From a virus (Duplodnaviria; Caudoviricetes), in IMG/VR virus record IMGVR_UViG_3300021256_000057, positions 32,001 through 96,000 of that record: 64,000 nucleotides of DNA, one strand, 5' to 3'. The notes under the pieces were generated by a model. The model made no database searches. It was not told the origin of the DNA and saw nothing but the letters and a program-made list of their open reading frames with translations. Shown one piece after another: positions 50,727-61,696 of this stretch. A program made the translations under genes and the position numbers. How positions within the stretch are numbered: position 1 is the first letter of the stretch; each line of letters opens with the position of its first letter.

Positions 50727-53135
50727 TCACGTTACTACTGTACCTTCAAAGCGATACCAATCACGCCAAACTCCAGAACTTTTAATCCTTGAATATCTAT
50801 ACTGTTGGTATGTGGTGGAAATGGCAACTGCTTCAATTACACAGGTTGTGTTATAAATCTTTACTGTAACCATTGTGTTGGAATTATTTATTGCTGCAGG
50901 TACATCAGTTAGGCTATTATTGTTTGGTATAAGAAATGAATATGTCCCATTGCTAAGAGTATCTACATATGCGGCTAAACTAGAGAAAGCAGTTGTTTTG
51001 AATTGAGACACTTGCATAGAGTTTTCAATGCTTTTTACTTCCTCATACAATCCACTATTACTCGGAGCATAAGGTACATATTCAGAACTAATAGCATAGT
51101 CTTCGGTAGTGCAGATCATGGGCTTGAAGACGAGGTTGTCGGGAATATACCCGGCCCAGATTCTGATGTATACGCTAATGGTAGTGTCTTGGGTGATCGT
51201 AAATGTAAACCCATTACCCAGATCGTATCCGATACCAGCAATTTGAAGTTTGTATGTATTACTATTATTCCCACCTTCAGGACAGCCAGATAGTACATAA
51301 GTCCCCGCTTTGATCGGCATATTTTCAGCGACATATAGATCGGTATTGTTCGTGTTTGCACTCGTGGCGTTTACGACATAAGTGTCGTCATCGTTATGTG
51401 TAAAAGTAAGATTTGTTCGTACTAAATCACCATACGGTGCAGTATTTTTTAGCAAATTCTTTGCCCCATCATTTACTACTTTCTTTGCTAGATTATTTAC
51501 ATCTACACCAGTTTCTGCATTATTAGTATATATTTTTCCATCCCAATCTATCGCAAAAGCATTTGAAGTATCTGACAAACTTGTCCCATTTCCGATAATG
51601 AAAGCTAAATTATCCCCTGATCCAGGTTCATTATACTTCCCTTCTACATGCTGACAATCTCCATATGCAACAGTGCCTCTTCCTTCCGCATGAGAAAAAT
51701 CTCCATTAGTTTGACATTTATATCCCTCTACATGAGAGTAATCTCCTTTTGCTGTATTATATGCGCCTTCCGCATGAGTTCCAGTCCCCTCGGCAACATT
51801 TAGTCCACCTTCTGCATGAGATCCAATTCCTATTGCCGTTGTACCAGAGCCCTCAGCATGTGAATAATCACCAACGGCTATATTTTCAGTTGTCCCTTCA
51901 TACTCATTAAATACTTCTGCACCAGTGCCAGCAGTAATAGTTTCACCATCTATAGTATACTGCTTCCCATCAACAGAAGCTCCGACCAAATTGATTTGAT
52001 CTGTTACCCCTGGATGAGGATCTGTGTCTGAATTGCTGATAGTGCTAGAAAATGTAGTGGATACTTCAAGTTCATTAGAATATGGTGTTTTTGATATTGA
52101 TGTTTTCCAATATTTTTGTAGCATTGCGGCTATTTTTATTTCATTGCTGCTTGTAGTTGATGTTAATGTGATATCATTACCAGCAACGTAAACGTCATTT
52201 TTAGTGTAAAGGCAGATCTTACCATCCTTATACCAATATACAGGATGATTCATGTGCATCTCAATTTGATATGTTGAATATGCATGACCTAGATAAATGT
52301 AGATATTACCATCATCTGTAGTAGGTAGATCCTGGGCAAGTGGTGATGATGCCAATTTTGCGTATCCATCCGATTGTGGGACTGCAACAATATAGACGTC
52401 CTTGTTGCTTGTTAAAGTTTGTCCACAATTAAACGAATACCGTAAATCAAATGCATACTGCTGCCATAACGAAGAAGATGTTTGACTTCCTGCAGATACA
52501 GTGCTAGTTCCAGAATAATATAGTATTTCACCGAATGGATTGAAACTTTCAGTAGTCAATGCTTTTGTTGTTGTGATAGAATTTGAGACCGAGTTCACAG
52601 GAAGCACTTGCGTTGAGGATTTTGATAGCAATAGCATATACCTATATATATTAGCAAATGCTGTATATGTTCCACTGTTATGCCGTAACTGGTATCCGAT
52701 CGAATTTGCATCCGTATTATAGTCTGCGTGTGTCCATCTCGCCGAGGTCGTTGCTGTACCACTGACATTGATCGCACCAGCAGACCAGTATGTGAGAATG
52801 ATCGTTGAGCCAGCAGCATATTGTGTGGTCAATCTTGTCGTTCCAGTTTCATATACATCAATAGCTCCTGTTGTAGTCCCATCAGATAGTGTGAGATTCA
52901 GGGTCGCGTTTGTTCCGGATACCCCCGCATACGGAAGATAATATGCGATCGTCAAACCATCATACAGGCTATCTATATCAATTGCGCCTGAAAACTGTGC
53001 TGTTGCATCCGTCTGTGTACCGATAACAGGATACACAAGTTTATCCGCCATATTACCTATCTTCGTTCTAGCTGTACTATCTTTAATATCATATGTTGAA
53101 TTATTAGGCAATTTAATAGATGAAACATCTGCCAT
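50727..53135 (-). CDS. Tail fibre / receptor-binding protein
   Basis: YadA-head-like SHAEG 14-mer repeats, carbohydrate-binding-like KNLL..FKPM module, knob-like C-terminus (W.DW). Confidence 0.8.
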   Translation of the reverse strand: MADVSSIKLPNNSTYDIKDSTARTKIGNMADKLVYPVIGTQTDATAQFSGAIDIDSLYDGLTIAYYLPYAGVSGTNATLNLTLSDGTTTGAIDVYETGTTRLTTQYAAGSTIILTYWSAGAINVSGTATTSARWTHADYNTDANSIGYQLRHNSGTYTAFANIYRYMLLLSKSSTQVLPVNSVSNSITTTKALTTESFNPFGEILYYSGTSTVSAGSQTSSSLWQQYAFDLRYSFNCGQTLTSNKDVYIVAVPQSDGYAKLASSPLAQDLPTTDDGNIYIYLGHAYSTYQIEMHMNHPVYWYKDGKICLYTKNDVYVAGNDITLTSTTSSNEIKIAAMLQKYWKTSISKTPYSNELEVSTTFSSTISNSDTDPHPGVTDQINLVGASVDGKQYTIDGETITAGTGAEVFNEYEGTTENIAVGDYSHAEGSGTTAIGIGSHAEGGLNVAEGTGTHAEGAYNTAKGDYSHVEGYKCQTNGDFSHAEGRGTVAYGDCQHVEGKYNEPGSGDNLAFIIGNGTSLSDTSNAFAIDWDGKIYTNNAETGVDVNNLAKKVVNDGAKNLLKNTAPYGDLVRTNLTFTHNDDDTYVVNATSANTNNTDLYVAENMPIKAGTYVLSGCPEGGNNSNTYKLQIAGIGYDLGNGFTFTITQDTTISVYIRIWAGYIPDNLVFKPMICTTEDYAISSEYVPYAPSNSGLYEEVKSIENSMQVSQFKTTAFSSLAAYVDTLSNGTYSFLIPNNNSLTDVPAAINNSNTMVTVKIYNTTCVIEAVAISTTYQQYRYSRIKSSGVWRDWYRFEGTVVT

Positions 53136-53205
53136 AATATCACCTCATTCGTTTAGAAGTGTAGGTGAGTGTGTTTGGCACTCACCTACGAAGCGATCAG
53201 TTTTC

Positions 53206-55170
53206 TTAATTCCCCTTAGTTACTTGAACATCAGTTGCGCTAGTCAGTACAGTAACTGCATCCTTGTTATTCCATTGAGTATTTGCGCCGCTTGCGGTAG
53301 CCTTGATGTTTGTCTTAGCAGGAGTAACTGTGATAGTAGATTCTGTGCCGACGACTGTATCAGTAGTAGGAGCAGCATATCCAGTAACAGCGGTAACAGC
53401 GTCCTTACTATTCCAGGTCGTATTAGCTCCACTTGCAGTAGCTTTAACATTAGTAGTAGTTGCACTAACTTCTGTAATAACTGCGACTTTACCAGTGGAT
53501 TCATCGTCTGCCAATGTAGCAGTGATCGTAGGCTGGGTAACAGTAAACGTGGCGCTGTCTCCAATAACGGTATCTGTTGTCGGAGAAGCATATCCAGTAA
53601 CTGCTGCAACATTTTTCTGATCATTCCATGCTACATTCGCACCGCTTGCAGTTCCACCAATGTACTTAGTTGTACCACTTGTATCCGTGGCCACGCTGAT
53701 AACACCCGTCCCAGCAGTAGCTCCTGTTGCAAGGGAAACAGTGGGTTGTGTAATTGTAAATGTAGACGCCGAACCAATAACAGAATCTGTTGTGGGGTCT
53801 CCAAGTCCTGTAAGTGCTGTTGTAGAAGTACCGTTTGTTGCAGAGGTGACAACAGTTGCACCATTTGTATCTGTAGTTGCTACTGCGCCAGTTGCAACTT
53901 GAGTAGCAGATTCCGCAGCAACTGGTACAGTAACATCAGTTGTGGCGCTTACAGAATATGTCGTTTGAGTGTCCATTGTGACAGCACCGATTACAAGTGT
54001 TTCATCGCTTACACTAACACCCTTCAGCCATTCTGTATTAAGATTACTTGCAGTCCCTGTCCCCTTGGAAGTTGTTTGAGATGCACGAGTTACCTTAGAT
54101 GCAGTTGTACTTCCACTTACACCAGTAACTGTAGTAGTGGCCAGTTTTTTTGTAGTTGTGCTAATACTCTTCAAAAAAGTATCGCTTGATGGAGAATATC
54201 CTGTAACAACTGTTTTTTCATCTTTAGATTTCCAAACCGTATTCGCGCCACTGGCAGTCGCCTTTATGTTCGTTTTTGTTGCACTTACTTCTGTAATCAC
54301 ACCGACCTTGCCAGTTGCTGTTGTTGTAGCAAGTGACATCGCAACAGTCGGCTGTGTAACAGAGAACGTAGCATCTTTTCCTACAACATTAGCGGTTGTT
54401 GGTGTGCCCAATCCCGTTAGTGCATTTACTGTATCTTTTGAATTCCAATCCACATTACCATTAGATGCAGTTGCCCCTAAATACTTAGTTGTACCACTTG
54501 CATCTGTGGCGAGGCTTATCACACCAGTGCCAGCAGTTGCACCTGTCTCAAGCGATACAGTTGGCTGTGTGATCTTGAATGTAGAATTTGCGCCGATCGC
54601 GGATTTTGTAGATGGTGTGCCTAGTCCTGTAATTACTGTAACATCATCACCGCTTGCAGATGCACTTGTAATATCAGATACTACACTGACGGATCCAGTT
54701 GAAGAAGTAGATTCAGCGGATAGAGATACGGTAGGCTGCGTGATTGAAAATGTAGCATCTGTGCCAATAGCACTATCTGTTTTCTTATCCAGAGTTACAT
54801 TTGTGACAACATCAGACAAGTCTAGCTTTGTATCTCCAAGTTTCTCCCAGAAATATACTGCTGGGTCCCCGCCCTGTGAAACAGTGACGTATTCATCATA
54901 AATATCTAGTGTCTCGCCGCTTGGTGTGCTAGAAGACTTCACAAGGTAGAACGAACCTACCGTATCCGCAGTAGCTGCAAGAGTTCCAGTATAAACAGTA
55001 TCATTATATGTTACCTTTACCCCGGCTGGGATATCAGCAACTACTGGAGCTGAAGACCCATTCCATGCAATTACAAAACTAACACCGCCAGAGATCATCT
55101 GCCTTGCAACAGCATCCTTAATGTTGTAGGTATTACCACTAGGCAATGTGATCTTTGAAATATCTGCCAT
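53206..55170 (-). CDS. Thr/Ala-rich repetitive fibre-like structural protein
   Basis: Repeats F.(I/V)TQPTVSL...KATASGAN..W..KD.V. Confidence 0.7.
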   Translation of the reverse strand: MADISKITLPSGNTYNIKDAVARQMISGGVSFVIAWNGSSAPVVADIPAGVKVTYNDTVYTGTLAATADTVGSFYLVKSSSTPSGETLDIYDEYVTVSQGGDPAVYFWEKLGDTKLDLSDVVTNVTLDKKTDSAIGTDATFSITQPTVSLSAESTSSTGSVSVVSDITSASASGDDVTVITGLGTPSTKSAIGANSTFKITQPTVSLETGATAGTGVISLATDASGTTKYLGATASNGNVDWNSKDTVNALTGLGTPTTANVVGKDATFSVTQPTVAMSLATTTATGKVGVITEVSATKTNIKATASGANTVWKSKDEKTVVTGYSPSSDTFLKSISTTTKKLATTTVTGVSGSTTASKVTRASQTTSKGTGTASNLNTEWLKGVSVSDETLVIGAVTMDTQTTYSVSATTDVTVPVAAESATQVATGAVATTDTNGATVVTSATNGTSTTALTGLGDPTTDSVIGSASTFTITQPTVSLATGATAGTGVISVATDTSGTTKYIGGTASGANVAWNDQKNVAAVTGYASPTTDTVIGDSATFTVTQPTITATLADDESTGKVAVITEVSATTTNVKATASGANTTWNSKDAVTAVTGYAAPTTDTVVGTESTITVTPAKTNIKATASGANTQWNNKDAVTVLTSATDVQVTKGN

Positions 55171-55187
55171 AATATCACCTCATGTAG

Positions 55188-55589
55188 TTATTTGAAAAGG
55201 ACAAGATTCTCTGTGTTTTCATCAGAGAGCTTACAACTGATTTTATCATTCCATGCTATTCTTTCTTCCTGCGTGACATGAATAGTATTATCAAGGATAT
55301 GCCTATAATACAGTTCATCTGTAAATGGCATATCTATCAAATACGCTTTCCCATCTCCTATCTTAAACCCAGGGACCGTAAGATCTCCATCTACTAGATG
55401 ATCTGTATATACATAAAAGGTTTTATTCTCAGATATAAGTGATGTCTGTTTATTCCAGTTATCAGTTGTATCAAACAATATGGAGCTGTACTTACTAGAT
55501 AGATAGATTTTCAGTTTTTCATAGAAATATGCCAATCCATCTCTGTCGAGCCACTCTTGATTCTCAGTATTGATAGTGATCACCTCCAA
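55188..55589 (-). CDS. Tail-fibre-associated protein
   Basis: GFKIGDG...L..(M)PF and H.....HVTQEER..WNDK motifs; start uncertain. Confidence 0.6.
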   Translation of the reverse strand: MEVITINTENQEWLDRDGLAYFYEKLKIYLSSKYSSILFDTTDNWNKQTSLISENKTFYVYTDHLVDGDLTVPGFKIGDGKAYLIDMPFTDELYYRHILDNTIHVTQEERIAWNDKISCKLSDENTENLVLFK

Positions 55590-55616
55590 ATGATGGATAA
55601 CAGATAGGTTATGGCG

Positions 55617-56135
55617 TCAAGTAAACAGACTATCTATATATGATTTAGGTATCGGCTTGATGATCGGCGTCAAGTTTCCGTTTTTAATATCAGCATCAAA
55701 GTTCTCTGCATCCGTTGGATAGTCAGTACTTGCATCGAAATTCTTTGTTGCCTGATATATCTGACCCTGAGTAAGATATACGATCTGACCAGAGGTGTAT
55801 GTAGCATCTGTAGAATACTTACTTACTCCAGATATACCATCTAGTGAGAAGAGAAATGACCAAGTTTCTCCATTATCATATGACACCTCGACCAATGAAT
55901 CATTTTTTCTCAGTAGAGGCGTTTCTCCGTTCTCACCATTGTAAACTCGAAACGTATCATAAGTTCCATCAGAATAAAGTATTTTATAAGTATCAGTAGC
56001 TCCAGGTAATCCAGATGTCTGACCCTTATCACTTGATAAAAACGTTATTGATACTACTTCACGACCTCCACCACCACCGCCGCCTCCGCCGGATCTAGAA
56101 AGCGCAAGTGCTCTGGCTATAATATCCTTTGCCAT
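55617..56135 (-). CDS. Tail-associated protein with poly-Gly linker
   Basis: G9 tract; DTY.I.YSDG...F.V.NG..G motif. Confidence 0.6.
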   Translation of the reverse strand: MAKDIIARALALSRSGGGGGGGGGREVVSITFLSSDKGQTSGLPGATDTYKILYSDGTYDTFRVYNGENGETPLLRKNDSLVEVSYDNGETWSFLFSLDGISGVSKYSTDATYTSGQIVYLTQGQIYQATKNFDASTDYPTDAENFDADIKNGNLTPIIKPIPKSYIDSLFT

Positions 56136-56323
56136 TATCGCCACTCCCCCTCACTATCTAGCCAGCGGATATCATGAGACCCATCGATGATAGCCATACT
56201 CCCTTGATCCCACCATGGCTTTGCTTCTGGCAGATCTGCTACAGAGTCAACGTGGATAGTCACTTTGTACTTGTGTATACCATCATCATATCGGCTGTAT
56301 TCAAGATCATCTAATACAAACAC
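56135..56323 (-). CDS. Small tail-associated protein
   Basis: DSVADLP...GS.A...LDSEGEW motif; AAGGAG RBS. Confidence 0.55.
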   Translation of the reverse strand: MFVLDDLEYSRYDDGIHKYKVTIHVDSVADLPEAKPWWDQGSMAIIDGSHDIRWLDSEGEWR

Positions 56324-56339
56324 GGTTTATCACACTCCT

Positions 56340-58952
56340 TTAGCTATGGATGCAGTACATTACATTTTGAAGAGGCGGATCTAGCGCATCATACTCAGCT
56401 TGTGTCAAAGATACGATAGGCATCAATTGTAGCCCTGTACTATCTGTGTATCTGCCAGATATTCTAGTATTACCGCTAGTATCTACTGCAAGAGCGTTTG
56501 ACCTATTTGACGTGCTAGTGCCATTTCCTATCTGGAATATATCTGTTGCGTTGGGTGAATTGTACTTTCCAAAAACAGTTGAATTAACGCCTTGTGCAGA
56601 TACATGATCACCATGAGCAAATGAACATATTGCATTTGCGGTACTATAGCTACCGCCAGAGAATGAATGATCTCCAATAGCTTTGGTATAAGACCCCTCT
56701 GAATGTGAGTCAGCTCCCGATGCTACCGTGTTATAGCCTTCCGCATGAGACTGAGATCCATTTGCAATAGTTAGCTCACCTTCAGTATGGGAGGAACTTC
56801 CATTCGCTATTGTTTGTCGTCCCTCAGAATGAGAATACTCCCCATGTGCTCCACTTATACGCGCTACACCATCTGAATCTTCCCATGAACCGCCTCTCCC
56901 TTCGGCATGAGCGGCATATCCTGATGATACAGTTAGATATCCCTCAGCATGAGTGTATGTATAAGATGATTGAGTTTGGCCACCCTCTGCATGAGCACCA
57001 TTGCCTGAAGCTGTTGTTTTGTCTCCCTCTGCATGAGAATAATCCGCATCTGCAACTGTTTCAAATCCCTCTGCATGTGCGCAAAACTCATCTGCTATGC
57101 ACAGATTCCCCTCTACATGAGAGCATCTACCAGATGCGGCACTCGTGTATTGTATATCATTTTTTGTATACTGACCACCAGCGCCTTCAGCATGAGCGCA
57201 ATACCCAGATGCAATAGACATATATCCTTCTGCATGTGCGGCTTTTCCATCATCAGAATGCACTCTTGCTTTGGGATCTACACCTGCAACAGTTGAATCT
57301 CCCTCTGCATGAGAGGCATCCCCAATAGCATGTGTTTCATATCCCTCTGCATGAGAGCCATCCCCGAATGTTGTTTTATCTTCATTGATTCCGCCAGCTA
57401 CTGTTCTGCAGCCTTCTGTATGAGAATACTTGCTGTATGCATGAGACGAAATACCCTCAGCATGGGATTCATAACTGCTCGCAATTGTACGATGGCCTTC
57501 AGAATGTGAGTAATCACCAGATGCCGTTGTATAATAACCCTCAGCATGGGATTGTCCACCAGATGCGACACAACCACTGCCCTCTGAATGAGATTCATCT
57601 CCACTAGATTCACTGCTAAGTCCCTCTGCATGCGCCTGATATCCACTAGCAGTTGTGTATGCACCCTCAGCGTGACTGTCTTGGCCAGATGCATTCGTGT
57701 TGGATCCCTCTGCATGTGATCTTTTACCTAGTGCAGTAGTAGAATATCCCTCAGCATGAGAATATTCGCCTATAGATTTGTTCAGCTTGTAATTGTTGAA
57801 CTGTTCTGATCCTATACCGCCTGTGTACTCTGTATCATCAATAACAAATGTCTGCCCCTCAGTATTTCTACCTACACCAGATGCAGAAGCATCATAGAGC
57901 AGCTCCCACTCTTCCTCTTCATTGTAGAAGTAACTAACACCATCAAATATCGCCTTGTACATATCATATACTTCTGCGGTATTAGGAAGATCCTGCTTTA
58001 CATCTACATATCCCTTAAATTTTAGAAATCCCTTGATATCCTCATATTGTACATAGGATGTAAGTTCTTCTTCTAGTTCAAGATGGGTAACATAGTTTCT
58101 GAGATCTTGCGCGTTGCCGATAAGGTCATAGATAGAACCAATCTGCAATTTCCAGATAACTTGTACTACTTGATTGATACCTACTCTAAGTATACTCTCT
58201 TGAACAAGTTTTCTATTAGCAGGATCTGTCATATCCCATTTTTCAGTATCTGTTGGCATCATACGATAACCAGCAAGAAGACCATTTGAAGTAGAGTTAC
58301 GCCAGTCTGGAGTAGCCCATAGACCTGCTTCTGTGATAAAGATATGGTCAGCATCACCGCGGAACTGTGCAAGAGCACCTGTTGAGATCATAGCACTGTA
58401 AACAATGTCGATCGTCTCAGAACGTTCTGAATCTGTCTCTGGTATGATCTGACGATAGCTGATCTTTGACCTAGGGAATGTTGTAGATATCAGTTCGCAC
58501 TTTACAGGAACACCAGCACCTGCATATACAGCACCGAGACCTAGCTGAGATCTGCCATTATTTTCTGATGGGTCATATCCATCTGCACCGTATCCGGGCT
58601 GCTGTTCCTTGTAATCATTATATCTGCGTTCTTCATAACTCTCATCAGGTTCACCATCACGCTGCTCTGTTTCACCGATACCAGTGGGAAGACCATTCTC
58701 ATCTTCATCTTGATTCAGTAGACCCATCGTACCAAGAGAGATATACTTTGGCACATAATCACTCAGCATGGAGCTGGCCTGATTCAATACACCATCGCCC
58801 TTGAGGTAATGTGCGATACCAAGGAGCATCGTATTGGTAGCCTGGTTATGTCCTGTATGCTCCGATACTATCTGCCCTGTTGTTCTATCGATCACTCGGA
58901 ACGATACATTTTGTGTGACACCCATATTTTTTGAGATGTCTGCTATATTCAT
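56340..58952 (-). CDS. Baseplate-anchored long tail fibre with YadA-like repeats
   Basis: HN.AT and ITEAGL fibre-anchor motifs; more than 20 SHAEG repeats; IGNGT...RSNA neck motif. Confidence 0.8.
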   Translation of the reverse strand: MNIADISKNMGVTQNVSFRVIDRTTGQIVSEHTGHNQATNTMLLGIAHYLKGDGVLNQASSMLSDYVPKYISLGTMGLLNQDEDENGLPTGIGETEQRDGEPDESYEERRYNDYKEQQPGYGADGYDPSENNGRSQLGLGAVYAGAGVPVKCELISTTFPRSKISYRQIIPETDSERSETIDIVYSAMISTGALAQFRGDADHIFITEAGLWATPDWRNSTSNGLLAGYRMMPTDTEKWDMTDPANRKLVQESILRVGINQVVQVIWKLQIGSIYDLIGNAQDLRNYVTHLELEEELTSYVQYEDIKGFLKFKGYVDVKQDLPNTAEVYDMYKAIFDGVSYFYNEEEEWELLYDASASGVGRNTEGQTFVIDDTEYTGGIGSEQFNNYKLNKSIGEYSHAEGYSTTALGKRSHAEGSNTNASGQDSHAEGAYTTASGYQAHAEGLSSESSGDESHSEGSGCVASGGQSHAEGYYTTASGDYSHSEGHRTIASSYESHAEGISSHAYSKYSHTEGCRTVAGGINEDKTTFGDGSHAEGYETHAIGDASHAEGDSTVAGVDPKARVHSDDGKAAHAEGYMSIASGYCAHAEGAGGQYTKNDIQYTSAASGRCSHVEGNLCIADEFCAHAEGFETVADADYSHAEGDKTTASGNGAHAEGGQTQSSYTYTHAEGYLTVSSGYAAHAEGRGGSWEDSDGVARISGAHGEYSHSEGRQTIANGSSSHTEGELTIANGSQSHAEGYNTVASGADSHSEGSYTKAIGDHSFSGGSYSTANAICSFAHGDHVSAQGVNSTVFGKYNSPNATDIFQIGNGTSTSNRSNALAVDTSGNTRISGRYTDSTGLQLMPIVSLTQAEYDALDPPLQNVMYCIHS

Positions 58953-58968
58953 TGTTTTGGTCAGCTCC

Positions 58969-59418
58969 TTATGGTATCTCACATGTCTCAGATTCCTCGT
59001 CGTGAGTTATCTTTGTTAGTGTTCGATATGAATAAAAACCTCTTATTTTTACATCCCATACGTTTTCATATGCTTGTACTACCGGAAGCCAATTTGTATA
59101 TGGCAAGTTATCTAAGATAAATGGCGACCAATTCCAAACAAATCTAACATCATCCATACTGTATTGCGGCACTGAAGCTGTTGTGAAGGGCAATCCATTC
59201 AGTACAGTTTGACTCCACATCCATACGAATCGCATATCCTCATAATTGAATGATGCAGTTGGCTCAGTTACATAGGGCAGTCCGTTAAAAATTGATTCAT
59301 TTGAAGTCCATAAAACCCTTACAGCATCTATACTATATCTATTTGTGGGATATGATGGATATGGAAGCCCATCTAGGACACTGTCATCCTGTGTCCAAGG
59401 ATCACTATACCAGCTCAT
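58969..59418 (-). CDS. Protein with four 29-aa W...GLP[YF] repeats
   Basis: W....S.L.GLPY repeated four times. Confidence 0.6.
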   Translation of the reverse strand: MSWYSDPWTQDDSVLDGLPYPSYPTNRYSIDAVRVLWTSNESIFNGLPYVTEPTASFNYEDMRFVWMWSQTVLNGLPFTTASVPQYSMDDVRFVWNWSPFILDNLPYTNWLPVVQAYENVWDVKIRGFYSYRTLTKITHDEESETCEIP

Positions 59419-60272
59419 GGCAAAAACCCTACAGACATTAGCCACTCTTTGTCCTTCATTTGTTCCATAGTAGCTACAGTCAGACCAGCCTTGGCATCGA
59501 TCTGACTTGGCGGTGTATCACACACGATAAGGCTACTAACACCAAAAGAAGAGTTACCGCATGATTTAATATGGTCAGCTTTATATTCACAATTCAAAAA
59601 GCCAACATAACTGTATCGCTGGGATGGCAATAATGATATATAACGATCTGCATATACAGAGCAATTATCAAAAATAATAGCACTCCTTGTAATAAGCCAT
59701 GAATTAGGACAGTTGATAGGGTCAACATTGCCGCATATATTGCAGTCTCTGACTACTATTGTACTTCGTAACAGTTGTGCGTAGAAAAGTATAGTAGGAT
59801 TCTGTGAATTGACATACTTTACATCTAGTGCGCAATCTGTAAATTTACAGTGACTCATAAATCCATATTCAACGTTGTTACCACCAACGGAATCGTCAAT
59901 TATGACCGATGCTTTGCAACCGTTCATTACCAGTGTGTCTGATGTAGTTGTTGTTAGAGCATAGCCAGCTCCAGTACGTTTAAGGGCGAAATTTTTGAAA
60001 AACACATTGTTTGCGCTAAACACAGCTACTCTGCTTTGCAGCAGCGTCGCTGCGCGAACCGTCACTCCTGATATGGAATGGTCATTACCTAGCAATGATA
60101 TACAACTAAGGTCTATTGGAGATGTTAGTTCACCATTATAATTAGGATCATCCGCCGCATTGATGTCCTGCGTCAGTGCCACATACGCTCCGCTCGTCCC
60201 GGCCGCTGCGATAAACTCAGTCAGTGTCTCTGGGATTAATGGATCCCCCTGTGAGCCTGTACCTGTCATCAT
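59415..60272 (-). CDS. Tail-associated beta-helix-like protein
   Basis: GTGSQGDP...Y..LT.DI...GNDHSI motif. Confidence 0.6.
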   Translation of the reverse strand: MMTGTGSQGDPLIPETLTEFIAAAGTSGAYVALTQDINAADDPNYNGELTSPIDLSCISLLGNDHSISGVTVRAATLLQSRVAVFSANNVFFKNFALKRTGAGYALTTTTSDTLVMNGCKASVIIDDSVGGNNVEYGFMSHCKFTDCALDVKYVNSQNPTILFYAQLLRSTIVVRDCNICGNVDPINCPNSWLITRSAIIFDNCSVYADRYISLLPSQRYSYVGFLNCEYKADHIKSCGNSSFGVSSLIVCDTPPSQIDAKAGLTVATMEQMKDKEWLMSVGFLP

Positions 60273-60283
60273 TAAACACCACC

Positions 60284-61621
60284 TTATCCGATAAAAACAT
60301 TTTGATCATCACCAGAGATGAACCTATGTAGGTTTGGATCTGTATACTGATCAGTTGGAATTGGATCAGCTCCTGCATCATCTGGATCATACACATTATC
60401 TGATATATTAGATAACTGCCAATCTGCAAGTAGATCCTGTATCACATCCTGTGAGCCAAAAACAAGATCACCAGTTAGTCTACTATTATTTATGATAGGA
60501 TATCCGATAGTATCAGAAAATCCATAAACCACTTTATTTCTTGGCCTAAACCCAATTCTAGGCATGAGCGCCATATGATGTACAATATCACTCAGTCGAT
60601 ACATTCTAAAGATAGCTACGGAGTTCGTATCCATGAAATACCACAAGCAGTTTCCATTTATATACCTAGTATTGATTCCAGAGTTCGTCAGAACAGTATA
60701 TGGGATCACTGTATTCATGCCGCCCAGGTAGTATCTACCATCATTTGTGATACATGATCCATCTGATACTATGCCTTGGGTATCCATCAAACTATAGTCT
60801 GACGGATTTGATGTATTACAAGACCCTGTAGAAGATACACAATACGCAGTACCGCTTGTAGTCACTCGAATGATAGGTGAAGCGGATGTTGAATATGCTC
60901 CATATGTCTTATCAGGCATTGCGTCAAAAGTTGGATAAAAGTCATACCCAGATATGAAGTAATGTACATCGACATAATATCGTCTATCTGTTGTATAGCC
61001 AGAGAAAACTGCATACCCATTATGCTCCATGGAATAAAGATTCAAATCCAGTTTTAGTATGCTTGTAGCAACACTTACATCTATTGTAAGGTGTACAAAC
61101 CCAGAGATATAATTATACAGAGTTTCTTCGTTTGATATTTCAAGATGAGTTTCAAACCAAAGTCGTGACCCCATAGACTCTTGACTTGCCCCATATCTAC
61201 CGATAACTTTCAATCGAACAGACTGTGTAGGTTTGAATACCACACCAGAGGACTTCACATCTAGGGCATTGAACAAAGACTGCTCATAGTCACTGGACAA
61301 TGGACTTACCCATTCCCCATTTGTGAAATTATACACATTATAATTTGGAGCGGTTTCATCTATTGTTTCAGTATATCTACCACCGTATGTCATCTGAAAC
61401 ACGGTACTGTCTGTAGCATCCTTAAACCCAACTTCTGTAGATGTATTATAATAGGAGGATAGATGCATAGTAGATGGCAATACATCATAAGATACGCCAG
61501 CAAGCCAATAGCAGGATGCAAATGTATTTGTATCGACTGGGATCTCAGATATCGGCTTTGTCAGTTCAGCTCCTACCTCTGGAAGTTCAATTTCGGAGCT
61601 GTACAATTTGTCTACTACCAT
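60284..61621 (-). CDS. Putative tail/baseplate protein
   Basis: Context and late promoter motif. Confidence 0.55.
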   Translation of the reverse strand: MVVDKLYSSEIELPEVGAELTKPISEIPVDTNTFASCYWLAGVSYDVLPSTMHLSSYYNTSTEVGFKDATDSTVFQMTYGGRYTETIDETAPNYNVYNFTNGEWVSPLSSDYEQSLFNALDVKSSGVVFKPTQSVRLKVIGRYGASQESMGSRLWFETHLEISNEETLYNYISGFVHLTIDVSVATSILKLDLNLYSMEHNGYAVFSGYTTDRRYYVDVHYFISGYDFYPTFDAMPDKTYGAYSTSASPIIRVTTSGTAYCVSSTGSCNTSNPSDYSLMDTQGIVSDGSCITNDGRYYLGGMNTVIPYTVLTNSGINTRYINGNCLWYFMDTNSVAIFRMYRLSDIVHHMALMPRIGFRPRNKVVYGFSDTIGYPIINNSRLTGDLVFGSQDVIQDLLADWQLSNISDNVYDPDDAGADPIPTDQYTDPNLHRFISGDDQNVFIG

Positions 61622-61696
61622 ATGTATCACCACCTAAAAAGAAATATCCGCTGTCACAATTATATAAGGTTAAGGTGACAGCGGATACTATTATAA

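Noticed and set aside
53224-54901. Long plus-strand ORFs (321 and 254 aa)
   Set aside because: Antisense shadows of the Thr/Ala repeat protein
50600-58952. Diversity-generating retroelement acting on the fibres
   Set aside because: No reverse transcriptase and no adenine-variant TR/VR pair noticed
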